42,748 nt of DNA from assembly GCA_031266895.1 (NCBI GenBank), contig JAISAD010000162.1, positions 1 through 42,748 of the forward strand, read 5' to 3'. Source of the stretch: Bacteroidales bacterium (lineage in GTDB: Bacteria > Bacteroidota > Bacteroidia > Bacteroidales > WCHB1-69). Shown one piece after another: positions 34,059 to 42,748 of the stretch. The position numbers and the translations under genes were made by a program. The notes beneath the pieces are model-generated. The model had not been told where the DNA came from, did no database searches, and worked only from the letters and a program-made list of their open reading frames with translations. The stretch's first letter is position 1. Each line of letters begins with the position of its first letter.

Positions 34059-35102
34059 CTAGGCATACAGTTCTGTAAAAATATCGCGCAGTTCCTTGCT
34101 TTCGCGAAGCAGCTGCAGCGTAATTTCCGCATGACCTTTCGTGTAGCCGTTGCCCACAATCATGGTAACATCGCTGCCCACGCCTTCTGCTCCCAAAGCA
34201 GCTTTGGTAAAGCTGGTAGCCATGGAGAAGAAATAAACCACGCCATCGTCTTTAGTACAGAGCACGCTGGTCATTTCGGTATCGGGAATATTGACATTGT
34301 TGATGGTAACATCGGCCATTTTGCCGTCTGTTAATTTCTCAATAACTTCCATCATGGCTACGGGATTGGTGGCGTTGCCGGCAAACACGTGATCGCAAAA
34401 GCCCAGCTTTCTGAGGCGTTCTGTTGATTTTTCGCTGTGGCACATGCCGATAACCTTGCCGGTGATTCCTACCCGCTTTTTAGCTTCGTAGCAGCAGAGC
34501 ATTCCCGATTTGCCACCGGCGCCGATAATCAGCACCGTATCTCCCGGCTTGCACAATTTGGCCGTTTGCGCAGGAGCACCGGCTACATCAAGGGCAGAGA
34601 GTGCCAAAGTTTCGGGCATGTCGGCGGGAATTTTGGCATAAATGCCGCTTTCAAAAAGAATAGCCTTGCCGTCAATATCCACCTGATCAATATCGGAACG
34701 GATTTCCTTAATTTTATCAATGCGCAGAGGCGTCAGCGAAAGAGATACCAGCGTAGCAATTTTATCGCCCACTTTCAGATCGATTTTGCCGGCAAGGGCG
34801 TCTCCGATTTTTTCTACGGTACCCAGTAACATGCCGCCCGAACCTGTCCACGGGTTGCGGTGCTTGCCCTGTTTAGCCACAATATCAAGCATAATTTCTG
34901 CGATTTTAGCTTTATCGCCACCGGCTCGTGCTTCAATATCGGTAAATGAAGCAGAGTCGATATTGAGTGTTTGCACATCAATTAAAATCTCGTTATCGTA
35001 GATTTCATCCATGTTATTGTCAATTTTGTTGGCGGGTTGCGGAAGCACTCCCTCGGGTTCAATGACACGATGCGTGCCGTACTTGTTTCCTTTCTTTTGC
35101 AT
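34059..35102 (-). CDS. kdd: L-erythro-3,5-diaminohexanoate dehydrogenase (lysine fermentation enzyme)
   Basis: 347 aa. YGTHRVIEPEGVLPQPANKIDNNM...NEILIDVQTLNIDSASF...NPWTGSGGMLLGTVEKIG resembles my recollection of the Fusobacterium and Porphyromonas Kdd proteins. A Rossmann motif IIGAGGKSG is present. The call rests on memory, not on a database search. Confidence 0.7.
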   Translation of the reverse strand: MQKKGNKYGTHRVIEPEGVLPQPANKIDNNMDEIYDNEILIDVQTLNIDSASFTDIEARAGGDKAKIAEIMLDIVAKQGKHRNPWTGSGGMLLGTVEKIGDALAGKIDLKVGDKIATLVSLSLTPLRIDKIKEIRSDIDQVDIDGKAILFESGIYAKIPADMPETLALSALDVAGAPAQTAKLCKPGDTVLIIGAGGKSGMLCCYEAKKRVGITGKVIGMCHSEKSTERLRKLGFCDHVFAGNATNPVAMMEVIEKLTDGKMADVTINNVNIPDTEMTSVLCTKDDGVVYFFSMATSFTKAALGAEGVGSDVTMIVGNGYTKGHAEITLQLLRESKELRDIFTELYA

Positions 35103-35171
35103 AATAGTTTTGTTGTTTTAATATTAATAACCTAATGAATGCCATTTTAATAATGGCTTAAATTCAGGGTG

Positions 35172-35179
35172 CAAATGTA
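35172..35179 (-). promoter_or_regulatory. -7 promoter box (TAcaTTTG, minus strand) for kdd
   Basis: The plus strand reads caaatgta, 70 nt upstream of the ATG at 35102. Confidence 0.45.
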
Positions 35180-35263
35180 CATAAATTTTTTTAGTCTTAT
35201 CTCGCCGGCTTTATTGTAAAAAAATCCCTATTAATAATGATAAGGCGCTACTGTTAATGGCCG

Positions 35264-35271
35264 TACTTTTG
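35264..35271 (+). promoter_or_regulatory. -7 promoter box (TActTTTG) for feoAB
   Basis: tacttttg ends 17 nt upstream of the ATG at 35288, which implies a very short leader. Confidence 0.45.
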
Positions 35272-35287
35272 CTAACAAAATGGCAAT

Positions 35288-37849
35288 ATGTTATTATCGG
35301 AACTAAAAACAGGCGAAAAGGGCGTTATTGTAAAGGTGTTGGGGCATGGGGGCTTCAGAAAACGCATTGTGGAGATGGGCTTTATCAGAGGTAAAATTAT
35401 CGAAGTAGTACTGAATGCGCCGTTGAAAGATCCGATAAAATACAGGGTAATGGGCTATGAAGTATCGCTGCGGAGAAAGGAGGCCGACCTCGTTGAAGTG
35501 GTTACGGAAGATGAAGCTCACCACATCCGGCAGGAACAGCTGGCGCAAATGACAGAAAAAGCCCCTGAAATGGAAAAATTGACCCATATTACGGAAGATG
35601 AACTGACGGAGATAGCTATGCAGAAACGGCGCACTATCAATGTGGCGCTGGTGGGAAATCCCAATTCCGGCAAAACTTCGCTTTTTAATGTGGCGTCGGG
35701 AGCACATGAGCACGTGGGCAACTATAGCGGCGTTACCGTGAATGCCAAAGAGGGACATTTTAAGTTTCAAGGCTATGAATTTAAGCTCGTAGATCTGCCC
35801 GGCACTTATTCCCTTTCGGCTTATACCCCGGAGGAGCTTTACGTGCGTCGCCATATTGTACAGGAGATGCCGGACATTATTATCAATGTGGTAGATGCCT
35901 CCAATCTTGAACGCAACCTCTATCTTACTACCCAGCTTATTGACATGAATGTGCGCATGGTGATTGCGCTCAATATGTACGACGAGCTGGAAGCGAGCGG
36001 CAACAAGCTCGACCACATTTTGCTGAGCCAGTTGTTGGGCGTACCGATGATTCCTACTGTTTCCAAAAAAAGCTGGGGCATAGACAATCTTTTCCATGTT
36101 ATCATTAATCTTTATGAAGGGGCTGACTATATGGATGAAGATGGCAATATTGACCCCGAAATTATGCAATACATACAGTTGTGGCACGAAAAAGAGGTCT
36201 ATGAAAAGCATGCGCCACAGCCCGAAGACTACGCCCACAGGATACAGAAAGAGGGCTTTTCGCCTAAAAAAGTATTTCGTCATATTCATATTAACCACAG
36301 GGCTGTACTGGAGGCTGCTATTGAGAAGATAAAAACGGAAATAGCTCGTGATGATGCCATTGATGCTATTAGGGCGCAGTTTTCTACCCGCTTTTTGTCC
36401 ATAAAGCTGCTGGAAAAGGATAAAGAGGTAGAAGAACGCATTGCCCGGCTCTCTAACGGGACACGGATTCTTCAAACACGCGACAGGGAAGCTGATATGG
36501 TGCATAAGGAATTGCGCGAAGAGAGCGAATCGGCCATTATTAACGCCAAATATGCCTTTATTGCCGGCGCGCTGCGGGAAACTTTCAAGGAAAGTTCTGT
36601 CAAGCCTAAGGATTACACGAAAAAGATAGACGCCTTTGTGCTCCATAAGCACTGGGGTTATCCTGTTTTTATTCTGGTACTCTTTTTCATATTTTTATCC
36701 ACCTTTTTGTTTGGAAACATTTTTGCCGACCTGCTTGAAAAATCAGTTGAGATGCTGGGCGATCGGCTGAATGAGGTTATGACTAAGAGCGCCGCCATGA
36801 CCAACAGCCCACTGAAAGACTTGCTTGTGATTGGCGTTTTTAAGGGGGTAGGGGCGGTAATCGTCTTTCTGCCCAACATCCTGATACTGTATCTCGGTCT
36901 CTCGTTTCTGGAAGATACGGGCTACATGGCGCGGGCGGTATTTATTATGGATAGAATTATGCACAAAATAGGACTGCACGGCAAGTCGTTTATCCCCCTG
37001 GTAATGGGTTTCGGATGCAACGTACCGGCCATCGTGGCCACGCGCACTATCGAAAGTCATAAATCGCGCCTCATTACCATACTGATCAATCCCTTTATGA
37101 GCTGCAGCGCTCGCCTGTCGGTCTATGTGATACTGATTAGTACACTCTTCCGGGGTGACGATTCGTTGAGCGGCCTGCTGCTAAGTTCCTGCACCTTTGT
37201 GGGTATCTATCTTATTGGCATTGCACTGGCAGCCATAACGGCCAAAATATTAAGCAAGTGGATTTTTAAGGGAGAGGATATTCCGTTTGTTATGGAGTTG
37301 CCTCCCTATCGTATGCCGACTGCAAAAAGCATTGGCCGTCATGCCTGGGAAAAGGGCAAGCAATACCTCAAAAAGATGGGCGGCATCATTCTGGTAGCTG
37401 CTGTTATAGTTTGGTACTTGAGTTATTTTCCTAACCATGCGCATTACGAAACCGTACAGCAGCAGCAGGAAAACTCCTATCTGGGCAAAATCGGGCACGC
37501 CGTAGAGCCGCTCTTCAAGCCTTTGGGGTTTGACTGGAAAATGAGCATTGGCATTATGGCCGGCGTTGGAGCCAAGGAGGTGGTGGCTTCTACTCTGACA
37601 ATTATCTACTATGGCAGTGATGATAAAGCAACAATGGAGAAAGCAGAGAAAAAAGGGCTGCCCATTGATTCGTTAAACGCTTTTGTCTATATGCTCTTTG
37701 TGCTGATATACTTCCCCTGCTTAGCCACCATAGCCGCTATTAAAAAAGAGACCGGCCGCTGGAAATATGCCCTCTTCTCTGTCTTTTATTCTACCGGACT
37801 GGCCTGGGCAGTTTGCTTTGTTATTTATCAGCTGGGCAGCCTTTTTTAG
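35288..37849 (+). CDS. feoB: Ferrous iron transporter, fused FeoA-FeoB
   Basis: 853 aa. The N-terminal FeoA/SH3-like domain is LSELKTGEKGVIVKVLG...KYRVMGYEVSLRRKEADLVEV. The FeoB G-domain follows (INVALVGNPNSGKTSLFN, DLPGTYSL), then the polytopic membrane domain. The fusion is typical of Bacteroidota. Confidence 0.93.
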   Translation: MLLSELKTGEKGVIVKVLGHGGFRKRIVEMGFIRGKIIEVVLNAPLKDPIKYRVMGYEVSLRRKEADLVEVVTEDEAHHIRQEQLAQMTEKAPEMEKLTHITEDELTEIAMQKRRTINVALVGNPNSGKTSLFNVASGAHEHVGNYSGVTVNAKEGHFKFQGYEFKLVDLPGTYSLSAYTPEELYVRRHIVQEMPDIIINVVDASNLERNLYLTTQLIDMNVRMVIALNMYDELEASGNKLDHILLSQLLGVPMIPTVSKKSWGIDNLFHVIINLYEGADYMDEDGNIDPEIMQYIQLWHEKEVYEKHAPQPEDYAHRIQKEGFSPKKVFRHIHINHRAVLEAAIEKIKTEIARDDAIDAIRAQFSTRFLSIKLLEKDKEVEERIARLSNGTRILQTRDREADMVHKELREESESAIINAKYAFIAGALRETFKESSVKPKDYTKKIDAFVLHKHWGYPVFILVLFFIFLSTFLFGNIFADLLEKSVEMLGDRLNEVMTKSAAMTNSPLKDLLVIGVFKGVGAVIVFLPNILILYLGLSFLEDTGYMARAVFIMDRIMHKIGLHGKSFIPLVMGFGCNVPAIVATRTIESHKSRLITILINPFMSCSARLSVYVILISTLFRGDDSLSGLLLSSCTFVGIYLIGIALAAITAKILSKWIFKGEDIPFVMELPPYRMPTAKSIGRHAWEKGKQYLKKMGGIILVAAVIVWYLSYFPNHAHYETVQQQQENSYLGKIGHAVEPLFKPLGFDWKMSIGIMAGVGAKEVVASTLTIIYYGSDDKATMEKAEKKGLPIDSLNAFVYMLFVLIYFPCLATIAAIKKETGRWKYALFSVFYSTGLAWAVCFVIYQLGSLF

Positions 37850-37881
37850 TGATTAATGATAATTTACAGTTTATAATATTG

Positions 37882-38061
37882 ATGGAAACCTTGTTGCTTA
37901 TTCTCATTTTGGCTGCTGCGGTGGGCTATACCATATACAAGCTCTACCGCCTGTTTGCAGTTGCCAAAAAGGATAAAGCGGCTAAGGGAGGATGTGCAGG
38001 CTGTTCGGCAGAGTGTCCATTAATGCGGAAAGAAGACCCCGAAGCTGACTCTCCAGCATAA
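37882..38061 (+). CDS. FeoB-associated Cys-rich small membrane protein
   Basis: 59 aa from the ATG at 37882: METLLLILILAAAVGYTIYKLYRLF...GGCAGCSAECPLM. It has one TM helix plus a CxxCxxxC cluster directly after feoB. The track ORF starts earlier, inside feoB. Confidence 0.6.
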   Translation: METLLLILILAAAVGYTIYKLYRLFAVAKKDKAAKGGCAGCSAECPLMRKEDPEADSPA

Positions 38062-38108
38062 CCGGCAACGGCCTTGCAGGCAGGGAGCGGGAATCAAAAA
38101 AAATCTCG

Positions 38109-38116
38109 TACTTTTG
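38109..38116 (+). promoter_or_regulatory. -7 promoter box (TActTTTG) for the queD / UbiA / radical-SAM operon
   Basis: tacttttg lies 28 nt upstream of the ATG at 38144. Confidence 0.5.
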
Positions 38117-38143
38117 CATTCTAAATCTGTATAATGCAACATC

Positions 38144-38599
38144 ATGACTTACATTAGAATAACAAAACGATTTTGCTTTGAAATGGCACACGCGCTGGCA
38201 CGTTATGATGGCCTTTGCCGGAATATACATGGCCACTCTTACCATTTGGAGGTTACGGTAAAAGGCGCTGTTTTGGACGATAAAAATTCGCCTAAAAATG
38301 GAATGGTGATGGATTTTGGAGAGTTAAAACAGATTGTACAGGAAACTGTTATCTCTAAAATAGACCATGCTTTGCTTCTGAATGCCGATAGCGACCCTGC
38401 TTTGATTGAGACACTGCAGTCCCATTTTGATAAGATATTGCTGCTTGACTATCAGCCTACCACCGAAAACATGCTGGTTGACTTTGCCCGTCGGATTGCA
38501 GAAAAGCTTCCCGTTCATGTGGCGCTCTGCAGCCTGCGTATGAGCGAAACGGATACTTCCTGCGCCGAGTGGCATGAATATGATAACAATGAACTGTGA
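38144..38599 (+). CDS. queD: 6-carboxy-5,6,7,8-tetrahydropterin synthase / 6-pyruvoyl-tetrahydropterin synthase family protein
   Basis: 151 aa. RITKRFCFEMAHAL...GLCRNIHGHSYHLEVTVKG...GMVMDFGELK carries the PTPS/QueD Cys-His-His-Glu signature. Confidence 0.85.
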   Translation: MTYIRITKRFCFEMAHALARYDGLCRNIHGHSYHLEVTVKGAVLDDKNSPKNGMVMDFGELKQIVQETVISKIDHALLLNADSDPALIETLQSHFDKILLLDYQPTTENMLVDFARRIAEKLPVHVALCSLRMSETDTSCAEWHEYDNNEL

Positions 38600-38616
38600 A
38601 CATAACCCCTTCAAGC

Positions 38617-39606
38617 ATGATTAAGTTCTGGATAACCAATGCACGATATAACGCTTTGCCACAGAGTATGCTGCCTGCAATTGTGGCAATTGCATATGCG
38701 TTGCCGGCGGCTGGATTTTCGTGGGGTTACGCTTTGATGGCGCTGCTGGGCACAGCCATGGCGCACCTTTCCCTCAATCTCTTCGATGACTATTTTGACT
38801 ATCGCAGCAAGGGCACAGCCATTCGTGAAAAATTAAGTGCCGGCAGTATTCGCGTCCGTCTGGGAAAATGCCACTACCTCACATCAGGCAAAGCCACCCT
38901 GAAACAGCTTTTGAGTGTTGCCGTTCTTTTTGGCGTAATTGCGCTCCTGCTGGGCTTTTTTATCTTTCTGAAACGCGGCAATGTCATTCTGTATATCGTA
39001 CTGATTACCATGCTGACAGGATTAAGCTACTCTGCACCGCCTCTCAAATTGAGCTATATCGGGCTGGGCGAGCTGACTATTGCCATGGTTTTTGGCCCGC
39101 TGCTGATGAGTGGCGTTCATTATGCCGCATCAGGACTCCTCTCTGCCGAAATATGGTTTATCTCTGTGTCGGTAGGACTACTGGTAGCCAACATTGTTTA
39201 TACCCATGCCATTATGGATTATGAACACGACAAATGTGCCCGTAAGATGACTTTTGCTGTCCTGCTCCACAATCGCACCGCCATGCTTGCCGTTTCAGCG
39301 CTTTTTATGCTAATGGCCTGCCTTGTCATCGTGGCAGGGGCTTTCACGGGATTTTTATCATGGTGGTATTTGTTGACAATCATCACGCTGCCTGTTTCCG
39401 CAACCCTCTTTTACCAGCTGGCTGTGTTTGTAAAACATCCGGAAAAAGAGTTTCGTCCGCGTTGGTGGATGCAGCCTATGGAACACTGGCAACAGATAGA
39501 AGCAGCCGGCATTGGCTGGTTTATGGGTCGCTGGTTTCTGTCCCGCAATCTGGCAGTATGGTTTTGTTTCATTCTTATCATTATATCGCTGATAATTAAA
39601 TATTGA
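38617..39606 (+). CDS. UbiA-superfamily (MenA-like) aromatic prenyltransferase, polytopic membrane protein
   Basis: The first Asp-rich motif is LNLFDDYFDYRSKG and the second is HAIMDYEHDKCARKMTFAV (compare MenA N.RD...D...GK.TLAV). There are about eight TM segments. The start is the ATG at 38617, or the GTG at 38596 that overlaps the queD stop (GTGA). Confidence 0.75.
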   Translation: MIKFWITNARYNALPQSMLPAIVAIAYALPAAGFSWGYALMALLGTAMAHLSLNLFDDYFDYRSKGTAIREKLSAGSIRVRLGKCHYLTSGKATLKQLLSVAVLFGVIALLLGFFIFLKRGNVILYIVLITMLTGLSYSAPPLKLSYIGLGELTIAMVFGPLLMSGVHYAASGLLSAEIWFISVSVGLLVANIVYTHAIMDYEHDKCARKMTFAVLLHNRTAMLAVSALFMLMACLVIVAGAFTGFLSWWYLLTIITLPVSATLFYQLAVFVKHPEKEFRPRWWMQPMEHWQQIEAAGIGWFMGRWFLSRNLAVWFCFILIIISLIIKY

Positions 39607-39614
39607 CAATTAGC

Positions 39615-40514
39615 ATGAGAAAATACTTCTATTTGATTCGCTGGTTTATAAAAGTCCGTTTTTTTGGAAAAAAACAGCCTTTACAAACGGTACTTTTCAT
39701 CTCAAACGAATGCAATCTGGCTTGTCGGCACTGCAATATTTATGAAAAAGAACATATTCACGTAAAGACTTATGAGCAAATCGGGGAAGAGTTACAATAT
39801 TCGTACCGGCAAGGCTCTCGTTTTGTTGATTTTGAAGGTGGCGAGCCTGTAATCTGGCATGATGGAGACAGGGATATTAACGCGCTTGTTGCTCTGGCAA
39901 AGCAAATCGGCTTTTTCAGCGTTACGGTAACCTCCAATGCCCAATTACCGTTTGGCAACTGTCAAGCCGACTCCATGTGGATCAGTTTGGATGGACTGGG
40001 AGATTTTCATAACGCCATTCGGGGTGCGGGCACATTTGAAAAGCTGGATGAGAATGTACGCAAAAGTGGCCGCAAGGGATTGTGTGCCAACATGGTTATA
40101 AATGCATTGAACTATGCCGACGTATTTGAAACCGTTGAATATGTCCGTCAAAATCCTGCCATTGATTTGATTTCCTTCAACTTTCATACTCCCTGGAAAA
40201 ATACGGAAACGCTCTTTTTGGATTGGGATTTGCGCTGCAAGGTTATTGATGAAATTATCAGCCTGAAACGGCAGGGCTATCCTGTTTTAAATACTGTTTC
40301 AGGACTTAAGCTAATGAAAACCAATAAATTCAACAGAGTGTGCTGGGTGTGCAACTTCATTTTGCCCGACGGTACGCGCCTGCCCGAATGTTCGGGCAAA
40401 AGCGCCGGAATATGCGACCGCTGCGGACTCTGCATGGCCGGCGAAATGCGCTCCGTGTTCGACTTTAAGCCCGATACCCTGCTGGCGGGCTTAAAATTAA
40501 GGGTAAGGCGATGA
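39615..40514 (+). CDS. Radical SAM enzyme with a Cys-rich (SPASM-like) C-terminus
   Basis: The CxxxCxxC motif is SNECNLACRHCNIY. The C-terminal cluster is CWVCNF...CSGKSAGICDRCGLC. The ATG at 39615 lies 8 nt after the prenyltransferase stop; the track starts at a TTG at 39603. Confidence 0.8.
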   Translation: MRKYFYLIRWFIKVRFFGKKQPLQTVLFISNECNLACRHCNIYEKEHIHVKTYEQIGEELQYSYRQGSRFVDFEGGEPVIWHDGDRDINALVALAKQIGFFSVTVTSNAQLPFGNCQADSMWISLDGLGDFHNAIRGAGTFEKLDENVRKSGRKGLCANMVINALNYADVFETVEYVRQNPAIDLISFNFHTPWKNTETLFLDWDLRCKVIDEIISLKRQGYPVLNTVSGLKLMKTNKFNRVCWVCNFILPDGTRLPECSGKSAGICDRCGLCMAGEMRSVFDFKPDTLLAGLKLRVRR

Positions 40515-40586
40515 AGATAAAACCGGCAGCTATAGCCATGCGCAATTTAAAATTTTTACGGATATTTGCAGAAAAAACATAACGCT

Positions 40587-41642
40587 ATGAAAAAAATCCT
40601 GATTACCGGCGGCGCCGGATTTATTGGATCGCATGTGGTTCGCCACTTTGTAACAAAATATCCTCAATATGAGATATTTAATTTGGACAAATTGACCTAT
40701 GCCGGCAATTTGGAGAATGTTGCCGACGTGGAACATCATTCCAACTATCGCTTTGTCAAGGAAGATATTACCGATGGAGACCGCATGTTGCAGCTGTTTC
40801 GTTCAGAGCAGTTTGATGCCGTAATTCATCTGGCAGCCGAGTCGCATGTAGATCGCTCCATAGCCAATCCTGTGGACTTTATTCTGACGAATGTAGCGGG
40901 CACCGTCAATCTGCTGAATGCAGCCCGTGCAATTTGGCAGCATCAGCCCGAAACGCACCGCTTCTATCATGTATCTACTGATGAAGTATATGGATCGCTC
41001 TCATTTGAAGATCAGCCATTTACAGAAGCTACGGCTTACGACCCGCATAGCCCGTATGCAGCATCCAAAGCGGCCTCCGACCATTTTGTACGCGCCTTTC
41101 ACGATACCCATAAATTGCCGGTTGTGATCTCCAACTGCTCCAATAATTATGGTCCGAATCAATTTCCGGAAAAACTCATTCCGCTATTTATCAATAATAT
41201 AAAGCATAATAAGCCACTGCCGGTCTATGGCAGCGGGCTGAATGTGCGCGACTGGCTCTATGTAGAAGATCATGTTGCTGCCATTGATGCGATTTTCCAT
41301 AAGGCGAAAAACGGAGAAACCTACAACATTGGAGGCAATAATGAGTGGGCAAATATTAACCTGATTAAGCGGCTGATAGCCATTGTTGATGAAAAGCTGG
41401 GCCGCTCGCCCGGCACTTCCCTGTCGCTGATTACCTGCGTTGCCGACCGCGCCGGACACGATTTGCGCTATGCCATAAATGCCTCCAAGCTGAAAAGCGA
41501 CCTGGGATGGGAGCCGACCGTAAAATTTACCGAAGGCTTTGAAAAAACGGTAGAGTGGTATCTTCGCAACGAACAGTGGCTGGAAAGCGTTACCTCCGGT
41601 GCCTATCAGGAATACTATCGAAAAATGTACGAGGGACGATAG
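40587..41642 (+). CDS. rfbB: dTDP-glucose 4,6-dehydratase
   Basis: The ATG at 40587 gives MKKILITGGAGFIGSH. HVSTDEVYGS and PYAASKAASDHFVRAF (YxxxK) are typical RmlB/RfbB motifs. Confidence 0.92.
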   Translation: MKKILITGGAGFIGSHVVRHFVTKYPQYEIFNLDKLTYAGNLENVADVEHHSNYRFVKEDITDGDRMLQLFRSEQFDAVIHLAAESHVDRSIANPVDFILTNVAGTVNLLNAARAIWQHQPETHRFYHVSTDEVYGSLSFEDQPFTEATAYDPHSPYAASKAASDHFVRAFHDTHKLPVVISNCSNNYGPNQFPEKLIPLFINNIKHNKPLPVYGSGLNVRDWLYVEDHVAAIDAIFHKAKNGETYNIGGNNEWANINLIKRLIAIVDEKLGRSPGTSLSLITCVADRAGHDLRYAINASKLKSDLGWEPTVKFTEGFEKTVEWYLRNEQWLESVTSGAYQEYYRKMYEGR

Positions 41643-41917
41643 CGGCCTCCTGATTTGCCGCTTTAGTCGCAGGTCTTGATGACCGTGGTTGAAAGAATTA
41701 TCCCCAAACCTGTTGCTTTTCTCATTATGCCCGGATTTACGTAAACTCATTCTGATTTTAGTATTTTCGTTGCAAAAAAAGTATTGTAAATGTAAATAAT
41801 AAATTAATATTAGACAATATAGGATTTGATTCTGATTTTAATACATTGAAATAAAACCATTTATATATTTACTGCAAATAAATAACTTACAGTGCTTGTT
41901 TTTATAAAAAAAGTTAG

Positions 41918-41925
41918 TACCTTTG
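41918..41925 (+). promoter_or_regulatory. -7 promoter box (TAccTTTG) upstream of the last, partial gene
   Basis: tacctttg at 41918-41925. It is followed directly by an 8-bp-stem hairpin at 41929-41948. Confidence 0.45.
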
Positions 41926-42074
41926 CAGCGTTCTTTGTTGAAAGAACGTAACTTTATTTTTTAATTTAAAATTCAACTGTTATGAATCGGTTCATTAAAC
42001 ACTCGGAAAGCGAAAGCACTATTTTCGCACAAACTCACGGAACAGTAACGCTTAACCGGAAAGGAGGCTACATT

Positions 42075-42748
42075 ATGAAAAAGCCAATGGCAGCTACCAA
42101 CTGCCTGTTGCTGCTAATACTTATGCTACTTTTTAATGCGCCGCAGGCTACAGCACAAAACTATGAATATGTGCCCTTTGCCGATAACGCTACGTGGTCG
42201 ATAAATTGGCGAAAGTATAAAACTGTAGGGGATACGGTGATTGACAATCTGCACTATTTGAAAGTGTATGGACAAGTAGAAGACCACCCTTTTAACTTTG
42301 ATATTAATGAGGCCCATTTAGCCACTTTTATACGTAACGATACTGTCAATAAGCGAATGTATTCGCTTAACCTTATGGACACAACAGAACGATTGCAGTA
42401 TGATTTTTCAATGCAAGTTGGAGATACTATTACATTGACGGGCGGATACCATGATTATTATGCTATTCGGGTAAATGAGGTTTCAATAGTTACAGGACAA
42501 AATCAGTATCCTTATACTTTAAACGTCAATAATATTGATTCTATTATAACATTAGCAGATGGAAGTAAAAGAAGGCAACAATTGATGCATCTGATACCAA
42601 CACAGGGGGGAGGGATTCAGGATATAAGAACAGTTCCTCAAATTTGGATAGAAGGGATTGGTGGTTCTACCGGACTTTTTCTTGAGAGCTATCAGTATAT
42701 TTTTTGGGGTGTAGATGGAGGTTATCCCCGTTTATTATGTTATGCTGA
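42075..42748 (+). CDS. Secreted hypothetical protein, N-terminal part; open at the window end
   Basis: The frame is open from the ATG at 41982 to the window end and is not in the ORF track because there is no stop. The ATG at 42075 follows an aaggagg-like stretch and gives MKKPMAATNCLLLLILMLLFNAPQATAQ, a good signal peptide. I recognise no family. Confidence 0.55.
   Translation, partial: MKKPMAATNCLLLLILMLLFNAPQATAQNYEYVPFADNATWSINWRKYKTVGDTVIDNLHYLKVYGQVEDHPFNFDINEAHLATFIRNDTVNKRMYSLNLMDTTERLQYDFSMQVGDTITLTGGYHDYYAIRVNEVSIVTGQNQYPYTLNVNNIDSIITLADGSKRRQQLMHLIPTQGGGIQDIRTVPQIWIEGIGGSTGLFLESYQYIFWGVDGGYPRLLCYA

Noticed and set aside
35303-36652. A 449-aa ORF antisense to feoAB.
   Set aside because: The plus strand encodes an unmistakable FeoA-FeoB with G-domain motifs. 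The antisense product is low-complexity with no recognisable motif and has no promoter box or signal features. It is a typical shadow ORF.

Overview
The window looks like a Bacteroidota chromosome segment. Evidence is five proteins ending in type IX secretion (T9SS) C-terminal sorting domains, a fused FeoA-FeoB, an S16 with a long Ala/Glu tail, and many TAnnTTTG -7 promoter boxes. All calls were made by eye from the ORF track and sequence, with no database search.

Gene layout:
- 1-6.6 kb, housekeeping: radC fragment, DUF58, eno, ffh, folD, rpsP.
- 6.6-8.4 kb: an AT-rich islet of small membrane and lipoprotein genes carrying a duplicated gene fragment.
- 8.4-34 kb: dominated by secreted and surface proteins. 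These are a 1740-aa repeat protein, a large outer-membrane-like protein, two S8 subtilases, a small T9SS cargo and a cohesin-like scaffold. The block is interrupted by rsmI, an M28 peptidase, pepC and an ECF sigma / membrane protein pair.
- 34-42.7 kb: kdd, feoAB, a queD / UbiA-prenyltransferase / radical-SAM operon, rfbB, and a partial secreted protein.

Most interesting candidates:
1. An operon (26.26-34.05 kb) that pairs a dockerin-bearing S8 protease with a three-cohesin scaffold. Both carry T9SS tails. It is preceded by a 42-bp tandem array next to a divergent ECF sigma factor.
2. A Cys-containing 'GCDS' repeat module I cannot name, shared by two surface proteins, with recent 840-bp and 147-bp tandem duplications.
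3. The tightly coupled queD-like / MenA-like / radical-SAM trio.

I found no tRNA, rRNA, CRISPR array, transposase or integrase.
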